Positions 11,811 to 25,117 of a DNA stretch of 64,000 bases are shown here, piece after piece. Under the pieces are notes generated by a model, which was given only the letters and a program-made list of their open reading frames with translations, was not told the DNA's origin and searched no databases. Source of the DNA: Heptranchias perlo (Eukaryota); contig NW_027138569.1 in the NCBI RefSeq assembly GCF_035084215.1, forward strand, positions 310,001-374,000, written 5' to 3'. Numbering within the stretch: position 1 is the stretch's first letter; every line of letters starts with the position of its first letter. Both the position numbers and the translations under genes were made by a program.

Positions 11811-12156
11811 AATGCTCGTATAATCAGTGAAACATAGTCCGGGATCCTGCCATTCACCCCACGGGTAAAGAATAGCGAGAAAAATGTAAGCGGTTTGAAA
11901 CTGTTGCGTCACAACAGTATCAGCGTTATCCAAATATGAGATTGTCCCCAACTCTTAGCAAAATAACATCAGGCCACAATGAAAACTCCCAAAAGAAAGA
12001 ACATTAAAGAAATCCATGGCCCCGCAGAGAAATGTGTAAACTCTCTCAGATAACAATTCCAATTGTCCAAAGACGCAAATTACCAGCAGACGGGAATGGG
12101 AAGTGAAGGACGGACAAGAGACAGACTCAGTTTAACAAATATTGTTCTCTTTCCAG

Positions 12157-12477
12157 TTGACGGAATGTATCCTCCTAAAGTCTACGTCCTGCCTCCATCA
12201 GCGGTCGAGATTGACACTGAGAAGACGGCAACCCTGGTGTGTTTAGCAACCGGCTTTTACCCTGCCGAGATTTACGTCGCGTGGATGGCCAATGACACCC
12301 TTTTGGATTCAGGTTACACCACCCAACCGGACACGGAGAAGAAAAGTGGTTCCAGCTCCATTGTCAGCAGACTGAGAGTCACCGCAGCGGAGTGGAACGG
12401 CGGGACCACTTACTCCTGTTTAGTGGGACACCCGTCTCTCACAATGAATTTACACAGAAGTATAAATAAATCTTACG
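12157..12477 (+). CDS. IgNAR: IgNAR constant exon C5
   Basis: Acceptor ttctctttccAG (12155-56); (V)DGMYPPKVYVLPPSAVEIDTEKTATLVCLATGFYPAEIYVAWMANDTLLDSGY...EWNGGTTYSCLVGHPSLTMNLHRSINKSY. Internal donor TAC G|GTAAAC at 12478 would be used for splicing to TM. Confidence 0.95.
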
Positions 12478-12539
12478 GTAAACCTACTTTAGTTAATGTT
12501 TCACTAGTTCTAACCGACAGTTTTCAATCGTGTACATAA
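12478..12539 (+). CDS. IgNAR: IgNAR secretory tailpiece (read-through of C5 donor)
   Basis: (G)KPTLVNVSLVLTDSFQSCT-stop: N-glycosylation sequon NVS and penultimate Cys, the canonical Ig secretory tail. Confidence 0.95.
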
Positions 12540-12824
12540 CCCCCCGTGGTTCAATAGCTGTTTTCTATAGAAGTGTTAGACCTGTTATGTTCGGGCATCT
12601 GAGTCAGCCTCCAGATCAGCTAACAATTGTTTAGATATTTCGCAAATCTATGAGACTATATCAGTGAATGAAGGATAATTACGGTTATAATCCGATAATG
12701 GTGAATAACCTTAATACCGCTTGATACAAGTTGCAATATTTTTGAAGATTCTTTGAAGGGTTCAGTGACGTTATTGGATAAACAGGAAATGATGCTTTAG
12801 ACTGTATGTGGCTCCGCAAATCGC

Positions 12825-12880
12825 AATAAATGCAGAATGAAAACCTCCTGACTTCCCGATTCGTTGTTTGTGTGCGTGTT
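12825..12880 (+). promoter_or_regulatory. Poly(A) signal for secreted IgNAR mRNA
   Basis: AATAAA at 12825-12830, ~290 nt after the stop, followed by a GT-rich downstream element TCGTTGTTTGTGTGCGTGTT (12861-12880). Confidence 0.7.
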
Positions 12881-13089
12881 ATCTTGGTGATGATGGTTTC
12901 AACCTTGATCCAGAAATCTATGGTGTCCATTGTCTAATATTCCACCTGTGCAACACGTTTCAATTCCCCAATTTTTTACAAACACTCGTGATGCTTTTAA
13001 TCAGGTTACATTCATTCTCTGGTTTAAATTGACCCATGAGTTATCGACCTGTGAACGGAATTAATAAAGGTCGACTAACATCCGGTCAC

Positions 13090-14250
13090 CCTTTCGAATG
13101 ACAATTATTGACCAAGGCTGTTGATTGCCTGGTTCGATTCTTATCCATCCAGTCGTTGCTTGGGCATCTCCCGCAATGACTTCTTTTCCCGCTCCCACAC
13201 CGTTACCTCTGGAGTCCCCCCACCGATCTATATTTGGATCCTCCTATTTCTCATCTTCGTGCTGCCCGTTGGCTACGTCATCTGAAAACAAAATGTCAGA
13301 TTCTGCATGTATGCTGCCGACACCCAATTGTAACCCACTAGCACCACTCTCGATCCCTCCACTCTCTCTGATTTGTCACACTGCTTATCCGACATCCATT
13401 ATTAGATGAGCAGACATTTCCTCAAATTAAATATTGCGAAGACCAAAGCCATTATCTTTGGTCCCCACCACCAACTCTGTTCCCTAGTCACCGACTCCAT
13501 CTCTCCACCTGCCCACTGTCTGAGGTTGAATCCCACTGTTCGCAGCCTCGAGTTCCTTATTGACCCTGAGCTGAGTTTCCGACTCCAGATACTCTCCATC
13601 ACCATGACCGTCTACTTCCACCTCCATAACGTCGCCCGTCTCTGCGGCTGCCTCAACCCATCTGCTGCTGAAACTCTCATCCATGCATTTGTTACCTCCA
13701 GACTTGACTATTCCAATGGTATCCTGGCCAGCCTCCCAGCTTCTATCCTCCGTAAACTTTACTCTGCTGTCCGTATTCTAACTCACAACAATTTAAGTCC
13801 ATTCATCACCCCTGTGTTCGGTGAGCTAAATTGGCTCCCAGTCTGGCAATACCTCAGTTTTAAAATTCTCATCCTCGTGTCCAAATTCCTCCATAGCCCT
13901 CGTCCCCTCCCTATTTCTGTAACCTCCTCCAGCCCTACAACCCTCCGAGATCTCTGCGTTCCTCCAGTTCTGGCCTCTTGTCCATCCATGGTTTTCATCT
14001 CTCCACTATTGGCGGCCGTGCCTTCAACTGACTTGGCTCTAACCTCTGAGATTCTCTCCCTAAACCTCTGCGACTCTCCAACTCTCTCTGTTTTAACACC
14101 CTGTATAAACCTACCTCTTTCCCCAACCATTTGGTCATCTGTCCTAATATCTCCTTATATGGCTCGGTATCAAATTTTGTCTGATTGCGCTCATGTGAAG
14201 CGCGTTGAGTCGTTTTCCTGCGTTAAAGGCGCTATATAAATGAAAGTATT
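13090..14250 (+). mobile_element. L2-clade LINE 3' fragment
   Basis: FLKLNIAKTKAIIFGP, AETLIHAFVTSRLDYSN, HITPV..LNWLPV motifs in ORF 13406-14239. Confidence 0.85.
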
Positions 14251-14326
14251 ATTGTTCTTATATTGAGCTATCAATCCATGCCATTGTAAAAGGTTTCATT
14301 GAGTTTGGAACTATCCTCTTATCAGT

Positions 14327-14790
14327 TTCGTGTCATCTTGGCTCATTGACAGCTCTCTGGGTTCTGAATTCGAAGATTCTGGGTTCAAGCTCCTCTCCAG
14401 GACTTCGGCCCATAATCTAGGCTAACACTCCAGCACAATAATCATGGGGGTGCTGATTTGTCGAAGGTGTGGCGTTTCAGATGAGACGCTTCTCCTGGGC
14501 CCCGTCGGGCTTTTCACCTGGGTGTTAAAGATCCCATGGGAGATTAAAGGAGCAGCGAACTCTCCCGCAATCTGGGACCTATATTCCGTCCTGAACCTAC
14601 ACTATTTAAAAAAAAACCTAAGCGTCCCATTAACGACAGTGATGCTCTTAGACCTTTGTTATGGGTTTATTGGCTGCGGGGTTGTTTATAAAAGTAACAG
14701 CGATTACACTTTAAAATGTAATTATTTGGTTGTGAAACTTTTGGGACCTCCTGTGGGGGTGAAAGGCGATCTATGAAGTGGAACCATTGT
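14327..14790 (+). mobile_element. tRNA-derived SINE (shark DeuSINE/SacSINE-like)
   Basis: TTGGCTCA.. A-box-like and GGGTTCAAGCTCC B-box-like head, central TTTCAGATGAGACG block, L2-like tail. A partial inverted head lies at 50510-50625. Confidence 0.6.
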
Positions 14791-15370
14791 TTCTTATCAT
14801 CGTCGTCATTCTGGCTGATATCACTTCAGTTCAAACACAGGTCAGGGAGAAGCATAGATTCGGCCAATGGAAAGCTGAGCGACAGAGATGAAGAATATTC
14901 TTTGAGAATCCCAGCCGACAGCGAGTCCTTGCCGCCAACGGTGGCGCTGCATTTTCTTCCCAAGAGAAAAACAGGACGTTATTTCGAGTGTCCCGTTGAA
15001 ACTTGATAAGCGCAGACGCTCCGCCTGAACAAATTGTCCAGGTTGGAGAATTGGTGGGCAGGGCGACATCCAGGCCCATCCGTAAAGACTCACCACCTTC
15101 TGAAAGGCGGGAAAAAACTAGTCTTGAAAAAATAGAACAGCACGAAGCCATTACACCAATCACCTTAAACACAGTTCATTCTGTTAAGTTTCTGTTACAA
15201 TTGGTATCCTGTGGGAGTCACAAGGCAGGAGACGAAACAATTGTTTTGAGATCGGCCAGGTCAGGGAAGGCTGCACCTGGTGGTCAGGTATGGGAAAATA
15301 CGCTCACGTATCCAACGTTGGGCAACTATCATGACTGGCTGGCGGAGAGCCAAGCTGATGTTGCTGAATC

Positions 15371-15712
15371 TTGGTACCTCCATCTGGAGGAGCTGCCGTT
15401 CCATCACATATGGTATCTGTCCATGCTGGAGGATATCTCGGTGACTGGGTGGAGCTGCCATTCTAAGGGGTATGTTATTGATCCATTCCGGTGGATATCT
15501 CGATGAACTAGTGGAGCCTCCTTTCTATTGGATAAGGTAAGTATCCATTCCGGTGGATATCTCAGTGAGTTGGTGGAGCCGCAGTTATATGGGGTGTGGT
15601 ATCTCTCCATGCTGGAGGATATCTCTCCATGCTGGAGGATATCTCCGCGAGTGGATGGAGCCGCTGTTCTATGGGCTATGGTATCTCTCCATGCTGGAGG
15701 TTATCTCGCTGT
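15371..15712. repeat. 62-bp minisatellite with palindromic core, ~5.5 copies
   Basis: CCAT core at 15421, 15483, 15545, 15607, 15627 (after a 20-bp internal duplication) and 15689; core TATCTCTCCA-TGC-TGGAGGATA is self-complementary. Confidence 0.85.
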
Positions 15713-17163
15713 GCTGCTTATCTCACACTGCAAATAACACATCCTTCAGTTCGTGGCTCGACGTATGCCCAGCTGCACCGAGTAAGTGAGCAAATTGATG
15801 TGCTGTCCTTCTCACGGTGCCAATCTGTGAATCCCACAATATGTAATCAGATGATGCTAAAGAAGTGCATTCGAACTCGGATAGCTCACCGTAGATTCAG
15901 CTTCGGTGTAATTGGACAGGACTTGCTTTGGGGTCTGTTTTGCGGCCCAGCTTGGTGCTATTTAGATCACGCAGCATGTCAGTTCAATGTAGAATAACAC
16001 TCGTAGAGTGAAGCTTATGATTTGTAAATGACCATACGAATTTGTAACAATATGACAAAGTTTACTCTGCGCCAGGTCAGTCACTACTGCGATTATGATG
16101 CTTTGAGTTTCAGAATCCAATCGCCCACACTCAATGCAAATACAAAGCCCTACCCTCACCCCACCTCCCGAAATATCGGCCAGGATTATCATAACCTGAG
16201 AGTCTACATGATCCGAGATTTGTCAGTGGTGACACATTCCGAAGTTTAAATGAATTATTAACTTCATTTTCAATTCTGACTCTCATGGCCAAAACGTACG
16301 GGGTAAATGTACATATCGTGTTTATATCACGGAATATTAGTGGCACCATCCAGGAATATACGCTGCGGTGTGTTATAGATTCCACGAGATAATAATAATA
16401 GAAAAAACAAAAAATTACTAAAGAAATATATCACGTCAGGAATACGAAACCGAACAGAATGTCAGCGTCATCACCGTAAATCACAACTAAATCCAATGAC
16501 AATGATGCAGGTCTAACGCCACTGTATAGATGACAATGTAAAATAGTTTATATATAGTCCTATTTCAGAATGTGTCTGTATCTGCAAGCAACATTTGATA
16601 TAAAATGTCAAAAGGTTTCGACAGTCGAACATAAAGTGCGCTGATCGGTCAAAGTTGAATCTTTAGCCCGCAGTGTTTCCCTGCCCCCGCTTTACTGCGA
16701 TCTCTTATGTCATTCTCTGTGAGCCGCAAGAGATTTGGTCCGATAATCAGATCACCTTCTGTTCAGAATGGCATCGAGTTTCATTCTTTTAGATATAATT
16801 TCGTTCATTTTGTTGTTATCAGCTTTCAAATGCGAAATTAATTTTAATGGAAAGCACTTATCAGCATCGTAAAGCTTTTTATTCGCTGAAACGTAAAATG
16901 GACGGATATATTTGCCGAGTAAAATCAATCCTCCGTTTATATACAATATCTGAACTCTACTATCACTATAAGCGAACCCCCAATATTCTGAAAATCACCG
17001 TAATCGATATCGGGCTGGTTAATGTGTTAACTATATTTTTATGTTCCGTTAGTTCAAATTCGAATCCCTCACGATTGCCTGTTTCATTCTATTGCAGCGC
17101 CTTTGTATCTATTCTGTTCTTAACATGACCACCTTTCTAACAATATCAATCTATTGGTTCTAG

Positions 17164-17321
17164 AAACCCCTCAATTAAAGGACGATCCAGAAGACCCCGA
17201 GGTGGAGGAAGAAGGATTAGAAAACTTATATGAGGATGGCAGCACGGCATCAACAGTGATCGCTTTCGTGATTCTGTTTATTCTCAGTATGCTGTACAGT
17301 ACATTTGTAACCGTACTTAAG
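17164..17321 (+). CDS. IgNAR: IgNAR transmembrane exon TM1
   Basis: Acceptor ttctAG (17162-63), donor AAG|GTAATA (17322). (E)TPQLKDDPEDPEVEEEGLENLYEDGSTASTVIAFVILFILSMLYSTFVTVLK: acidic spacer plus Ig TM CART-type motif F..LF.LS..YST.VT; phase 1 start fits the C5 (or C3) donor. Confidence 0.92.
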
Positions 17322-18199
17322 GTAATATCATCTTTCAATAGCACAGTGACATTGTGTAAATTCAGTAGAAAGCTGAGTTCATACCTTAGATATAACCTGG
17401 GTACAAATGATGAACAAAATATTCTAATACAAGCACAATGAACATAACAGTATTAGATTGGACTTCATTACTCGTTCCCAAGTGATTAACTAGCACATTT
17501 ATAAATCCTCCTGAATATGATAACAACAGAGGAACGCAAGTGTACGACAATTATTGAGACATTTCAGCAGAAGAAAATACCAATAATGGGAAATATTACT
17601 TTATATCTAGATTGGGGAAGGTTAGAAGCACACTAAAAAGGAAAGAGATTTATCGAATGTTTCTGAGTGATAATCCAAAAATAGTTAGCAATATCTTGAT
17701 AAGGAAGCATCCTGGGACGACTTAGCGTTACGTGCTTGAAGTCACCATCAAATTTGCGAGGGAGAAAGGAGATCAGCAAACAGTGATTTAGCACTTAAAC
17801 CTGCCTCACTATGAAGATATAAGGAAAGTATTGACGGCGGAAGGATGGGATAAATTTCAGTCGGTAAATCGATGGACAATTAGTGCAATTGATTCAAGAA
17901 GGTGATCAGCGAGCAAAAGAAAATACAATCCCAGAAATGGAAATTGTAAATGGAGGATGTAATTATGGTGAAATTAAATAGTTAGAGCCAGAATTAAACA
18001 AAAGGGGAAAGGTTATGTCAAGGCGAAGAAAATGGAAAGTTTGACAGCCAGAACTATTATCAAAAATAAAAGGATATCATGAAATTATGAAATGCACCAT
18101 CAGATAGACAACAATTCCAAGGGATATTAAGGAGAATATCAAATATTTTTATCGTTGCATCAAAAGAAATAGAATGATAGAAGTGCAGATGGGGTTCTT

Positions 18200-18585
18200 A
18201 CATAGGAACAGAGGAACAGGAGTCGGCAATTCAGCCCCTCCAGCCAGTTCCACCATTCACTGAGATCATGGACGAACTGTATCTCAACTCTATTTACCCG
18301 CCTTGGTTCCATATCCCTTAATACCCTTACCTAACAACAATCTATCAATCTCAGTTTTGATATTTTCAATTTTGTTAGCCTCAGTACCTTTTTGGGGGAG
18401 AGTGTTCCAGATTTCCACTGCCCTTTGTGTGAAGAAGTGCTTCCTGACATCACCTATATACGGATTAGCTCAAATTTGAAGACCATGCCCCCTTGTTCTG
18501 GACTCCCCCATCAGAGGAAGTAGTTTCTCTCTATCTACGCTTTCCAATCCTTTAATCATCTTAAACACTAAAACGCTAGAGGTAC
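18200..18585 (-). mobile_element. CR1 LINE 3' end
   Basis: CATAGGAACAG..GGCAATTCAGCCCCTCCAGCC pattern, the antisense 3' UTR of shark CR1. Confidence 0.75.
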
Positions 18586-18589
18586 GAAA

Positions 18590-19965
18590 GGATTACTTCG
18601 CATCCGTCTTCATTAGAGAAGAGGATGCTGCCATTGCAGCGTTAAAGGAGGAGGTAGTAGCGATATTGGATAGGATAAAAATAGATAAAGAGGAGGTACT
18701 TAAAAGATTGGCAGTCCTCAAAGTAGAACAGTCACCCGAACAAGATGGGATCCATCCAAGATTAGTGAGGGAAGTAAGAGTGGAAATTGCGGAGGTTCTG
18801 ACCACAATCTTCCAATCCTCCCAAGATATGGAGACGGTGCCAGAGGGCTCAAGGATTACAAATGTTAACCCCTGTACAAAAAAATGGAAAAAGAAAAACC
18901 CGGCGATTACACGCTGGTCAGACAAACGTCGGTCGTGCGGATAATTTCAGAGACAATAACCATGGCATTTGGAAAAGTTTGGGCTAATAAATGAAAGTCA
19001 GCAGGCGTTTATTAAAGGCAAATCGTGTTTGACTAATTTGATTGAGTTCTTTCCTGAAGTAGCGGAGAGGGTTGATGAGGTTCGTGAGGTTGACGTTGTG
19101 TATATGGACTTTCAAATGCCATTTGATAAAGTACCGCACAATAGGACGTGTTGGCAAAATTAAATCCCGTGGGTTTGAAGGGGCAGTGGCAGCGTGGACG
19201 TAAAAATTGGCTCAAGGACAGAAAACAGAGAGTAGTGGTAAATGGTCGTTTTTCAGACAGAGTGGTGTTCCCCAGGGGTCAGTATTAGGACCACTGCTCT
19301 TTTCGATATATATTAATGACCTGGAACTGGGTATACAGGGTACAATTTCAAAGATTGCAGATGACACGAAACTCGGAAATGTAGTGCTAAAGTAAAGACA
19401 TTATGCTAAACGTTCATAAAACGCATGTTAGGCTTCAGCTGGAGTATTGTGTGGAATTCTGGACATCACACCTTAGGATCACGTCGAGGCCTTAGAGGCG
19501 GTGCAGAAGAGATTTACTAGAATGGTACCAGGGATGATGGACTTCAGTTATTTGGAGCAAATGGAAAAGATGGGTTTGTTCCCTTTAGAACAAAGAAGGT
19601 TTAGGGGAGATTTGATAGAGGTGTTCAAAATCATGATCGGTTTTGGTAGAGTAAATAAAGGTAACTGTTACCAGAATTGTTGGGAACCAGAGGACACAGA
19701 TTTACGATGATCAGCAAAGGAGCCACACGTGACATGAAGAAACACTTTTTGATGCAGCGAGTTTTAATGATCTGGAATGCACTGATGGAAGGGTGGTGGA
19801 AACAGATTCAGTGGTAACTTTCAAAGGGAATTGGATAAATACTTGAAGGAAAAAAAATGTACCGGGCTATGGGCAAAGAGCAGGTTGGTGGGTCTATTTG
19901 TATAGCGCCTGAGGAACGACGGGCCGAAAGGCCTCCTCCCGTGCTGTACTGTGATATGATACTTC
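18590..19965 (+). mobile_element. CR1 LINE ORF2/3' fragment
   Basis: [64 protein letters not shown]. Confidence 0.9.
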
Positions 19966-20039
19966 GATACCATGAATTCGATGCCCCCTTAATCTTCTAT
20001 ACAAGTCTAGTAAATGTAAGCTGTCCTAATGAATTGCCC

Positions 20040-21030
20040 CCTTTTGCCCCCGATATCATTTTGGTGAATCTGCGCTGCACCGTTTCCAGGGCCAAAATAG
20101 CCTTCCTGAGATGCGGTGCCCAGAACTGAATGCCATTGAATTAGATCATGGACGATGTGTATCTCAACTCCATTGGATAAATACTTGAATGGAAAAATTA
20201 TACAGGACTATGAGGAAAGAGCAGGGAAATGGGACCTATTGGATCGGTCTTTAAAAGAGCCGGCATAGTCACGATGGGCCTAATGCCCTACTTCCGTGCT
20301 GTACTATACTACGATGCTATCATACCATGAATTAAATGTCCCTTGAATCTTCTGTACAAGCTTTGTCCATGCACCCTGCCATCATGAATTGTCCATTTTA
20401 GCCCCGGATTCATTCTGGTGAATCTGCGCTGCACCACCTCCAAGGCCAATATATCCATCCTGAATTGCGGTGCCTTGAACTGAACGCAATACTCCAAGTG
20501 CGGTCTAACCAGAGCTTTATATTACTGTAGCATAACTTACATCCCATTGTATTCCAGCTCCTTTGAGATAAAAGTTAACATTCCAAAAGCCTTTTTAATT
20601 ATACTGTGTACCAATCCACCAGCTTGTAGTGATTTCTGTACTTGGATCTCTCAATCTCCCGGCTCCTCCTCGGCTCCTAGCTTCTTACCATTTAGAAATT
20701 ATTCTGATCTATCTTCCTTTGGTCCAAAGTGGATAACCTCTCACTTCCCCATGTTGAACTCCATCGGCCACAGTTTAGCACATGAAGGTCACTTTGCAAC
20801 GTTCTGCTCCTTAATTCATTATTTACTCTGTCACTTAACGGGGTCGTCAACAAACTTGGACATGCGCCTCTTTATTCCTTCATCTAAGTCATTTATAAAA
20901 GTAGTGAAAAGCTGAGAACCTAGAACACATCTCCGGGGGACTCGACGAGTCATATCCTGTGATGTGTCTCCTGCCTCCTAACCAGTTCCTTATCCGTGTC
21001 AATAGGTTCTCTCCAATTCCACGAGCTCTC
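20040..21030 (-). mobile_element. Nested CR1 LINE fragments
   Basis: EYCVQF.AP..R.DILALE..QRRFTR on the - strand. Confidence 0.75.
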
Positions 21031-21484
21031 ATTTCCTTTCAAAAGAGATTGAGGGGTGATAACAGTGGAGGATAAGGAAAACGAAAAAACAACAAATAAA
21101 TTAATATTTTGAAGCAATCTTCGCAATTTAAATGGACCAAACGATATCTAAAGCTACCTAGAACACTATAGGTTGGAAAGGATGGTATTCAAAGAAATTG
21201 GTTTTCAATGTCAAAAAAACATAACAAAGGACAAACTACTGGAATTGAAACTATTCAAAATTTCCAGACAAGTCGGATTTCATCTGAAAGGATTTATAAA
21301 ATAGATAAGTCAACCAGCTATACATTCATTACAACCTGCAAAGGCTCGCTGGATTCAGATGTCATGACATGGAAGAGAGAGACAGTAAACTTTACACAAT
21401 GAGTAAAAGGGGTAATGGAACGTAACGAAGGGCCTGTTAGCTTAACTGCAGCAGTGCAAAATTTCATATCATAGTATTATAATA

Positions 21485-22835
21485 GGTACAGCATAGCAGC
21501 AGGCCATTTGGCCCATCGTGACTAAAGGATCTATCCAATAAGTCTCATTCGCCTGTTCTTTCCCCATAGCCCTGCATTTTTCCCTTCAAGTATTTAACTA
21601 ATTCCCTTCATAAAGTTACCATTGAATCTGCTTCCATCACCCTTTCAGGCAGTGCATTTCAGATCATATCAACTTGCTGAGTAAAAAAAATGTTCCCTAA
21701 TTTTGCCTCTGGCATTTTTGCCAATCACCTTAAATCTGTGTCCTCTGGTTGCCGACCCTCCTCCCACTGGAAACAGTTTCTCCTTATTTACTCTATCAAA
21801 ACCGTTCATGATTTTGAACAGCTCCATCAAATCTCCACTTAACTGTCTCTGTTCTAACGAGAAATACCGCGGTTCCTCCAATTTCCCCACATAACTGAAG
21901 TCCCTCATCCCTGGAACCATTCTCGTAAATCTCTCCTGCACCCTCTCTAAGGCCTTGACATCCTTCCTAAAGTGTGGCGCCCAGAATTGAACACACCATC
22001 CAGCTGAGGCCCAACCAGTGTTTTATAAAGGTTTAGTATAACTTCCTTGTTTTTGTACTCTCTGCCTCGATTAAGAAAGCCAAGGATCCCACATGATTTT
22101 TTAATAGCCTTCTCAACTTGTACTGCCACCTTCAAAGATTTGTGTCTGTGCACATTTAGTTTATTTTGCCTCTCCTCGTTTTTCCTACCAAAATGTATCC
22201 ATTCACAATTTTCTCCGTTAAATTCCATCTGTTTTGTGTCTACCCATTTCACCAGTCTGTCCATATCCTTCTGAAGTCTGTTACTATCCTCCACATTGTT
22301 TACTACATTTTTTTCAGTTTCGTTTCTGCTGCAAATTTAGTAATTATACCCTCTATACTCAAGTCCAGGTCATTAATATATATATCAAAAAAAGCCGTGG
22401 CTCTAATACTGACCCCTGGGGAACACAAGTGTATACTTCCCTCCTGTCTGAAAAACAACCGTTCACCGCTACTCTCTACCATTTGTTACTTTGCAAATAT
22501 CATATCCACACTACCACTGTCCCTTTAATCACATGGGCTTGAATTTTAATCACACGTCTATTATATGGTACTTTATCAAATGCCCTTTGAAAGTCCACAA
22601 AGACAACGTCAAACGCACTTCCCTCATCAACATTTCACGTTTCTTCATCAATTAACTCAGTCAAGTTAGTCAAACACGATTTTCCTTTAACAGATCAGAG
22701 TTGACTTTCATTTATTAGCCTTTATTTTTCCAAGTCCAACTTAATTTTATCCCGGATTATTGCCTCTAAAAGTTTCCCCATCACCGACGTTAGGCTGACT
22801 GGCCGACAGTTGCCGGGATTATCCCTCTTACCTTT
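21485..22835 (-). mobile_element. CR1 LINE ORF2/3' fragment
   Basis: - strand RLQKDMDRLVKW...QMEFN...HFGRKN, LYKTLV, FSLEQR.L.GDL. Confidence 0.88.
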
Positions 22836-25117
22836 GATTTTTTTTTATTAAGGGATTTGAACACTTGGAAAGAATAAACTGATTAAGGAATCACTAATGT
22901 TTGATATAACCAACCTTACAGAGTTTGATTTTGTAGCCACTCCTGTAGCCGATAGAGTCAGCTTGGTAAATGTCCTAAATATGGATTTTCACTGGAAAAT
23001 AATTTATATTTCATACAGAGATTACTGAAAAGGTTAAGGCAAGTGAAACCGAAAAGAACCTCATGTGATGGATAGGAAAATGGTTTTATTTGTTGGAGTT
23101 CGTAATCTGTGATAAATAAGGACATTTCTTACTCCCACAAATCAAACCAATTTCCAGATTGGTGGAATGTGACGAGTGCCATCTCCGGGGAATCTGCTGC
23201 AATCCGACCACCAGCACTCCAGTGTGGGCAGACGGTTTTTACTGTTTATATTTAATATATTGAAACCTTTTGATTGTAAGCAGTTCCTGTGTGAACTATT
23301 TTAAAAATATAAATATCTATGCCCACATGAATAATTGCAACAGCATATGTAAACTTGATACGCTATAATGACATCCTCCAGTTATCGTTGGATCGAAAGC
23401 AGCTCAGCATTGCCTCTCCCGGATACTCAGCCTGTACTGCAGATAAACTCCAACCAACGCTAGGTCTCTGCTTCCTAAATTGTTTATTTTATTTTCGATT
23501 GAACTATTAACAGTAACATAAAATCAAAGTATTATATAAATACAAGGGCCGACTACATGACTTTAAAATGGAAAAAAATATATATTTGTGCGCTTTTCCC
23601 CATTATCCCCGTCCTCATGAATAAAGGCTTAACCCGTAGATTACATTTGGTTTTAGCTTCCTTTATGCAATGTCATCGCAGAGCGATTACTGTATACCGA
23701 GAGATAGAGGCATCGAATGTGTCTGAAATTAAAAAGCTGCTAGCCATCAAATTGTAAACAATTACGCCTTGAAAGTGATTGAAACCTTGCAGTTTCTCTC
23801 GCTCTCCATTCCTGTCTGTCTGTCTTTCTGTCTGTCTGTCGGCCTATCAAGAAATCTATCCATCTCGCTATCTATCTAAGTCTATTGCTCTCATGCACAC
23901 ACATGGAATTCCCTTGGCATTGCAGTGGGACGGTCGAGAGCAAGTTCTGCCTCAGTGATAGAGAGCTGAGGATAATTGAACAGGTGTGCAGGTTTAATTC
24001 ACTTCACATTCCAAAGTCATACATCCTACCTTATTTTTCTAATTACATTATAAATTCCGATCACCACATTTGCAAGTATTTGTCAACCGACACTTATCAC
24101 ACTTCAATTACACATCCCAACCAGTAATAGCGCTGAAGTGCTATCTCGCGTATCCCATCTCTTCTGATTGAATTACAGCGAAAGTTCTATACTCCAACCT
24201 ACTGCACTTTTCTGCTTCTGACAGTGATGTAAATTTTGCTATTTAGCTTTAAGAGAAACAACGTAAAATCAGCGTATTATCTGGAACCTGGGACACGTTG
24301 CATTACATTAAAATGGGGAATGAATACAGTTCCTAACCATGTCAGATTTATACCTCAAACACTTCACCAATGGCTCAGGAGCAGAGGGGAGTATATACAA
24401 GATTACTGCTAATACTAATCAACGAAGTACAATGAACTGTGAACGCACCAGAAAATTACAAAAGAAGATAGCTGCATTAAGCGTGTGGGCAGATGGTTGA
24501 CAGGTCCAGTTCACTGAAACAACAAATGACGTTGTCCATTTCACGTATAAGAATGGTAGATGGGAATAATATGGAAATGGCGAAGTTCTGAGGAGATGTA
24601 CACGAACACGAAATGCCGTTGTTCATATCCGTATGTCACTGAAATCTAGCGGGCGTACAAAAGTACTAATGGGATGCTGGGTTTCAGCTCAAGCAGTCGA
24701 GAATATAACAGCGAGCTAAAGAAACCGTCAATCATTTGGAATATCATGTTCAGTTCTTTAGAAATTTTCAGGAGGCTATACTCGGTTTGCTGGAGCCTAG
24801 CGACAATTCACATGGATCGTCACATTTTTCCAGAAATGATATAATTATTGCCGTCTAAATAACATTGGATAACAAATGATTCTCTTATCATTGATCGACT
24901 CACGGAGACACGCGACTCGGGGTGTTGCCGAGAGTTAGGGTTATGGACATTCATTTGTGGACAATAACACTCGAATCCCAGAAACCCCCTCGCATTCCAT
25001 GACAATTAGTCAATAATTCTGCTTTTTGTCCGACGCTTTTGACTATACAGTGTGGTCACACGTCACTTCCTCACTCTGTTATTCACTGGGTTATCATACT
25101 ATTTCTTTTCACTGCAG

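Noticed and set aside
15371-15712. CRISPR-like array (palindromic ~29-bp repeat plus ~33-bp spacers)
   Set aside because: The spacers are homologous to one another, the context is a vertebrate intron and there are no cas genes; it is a minisatellite.
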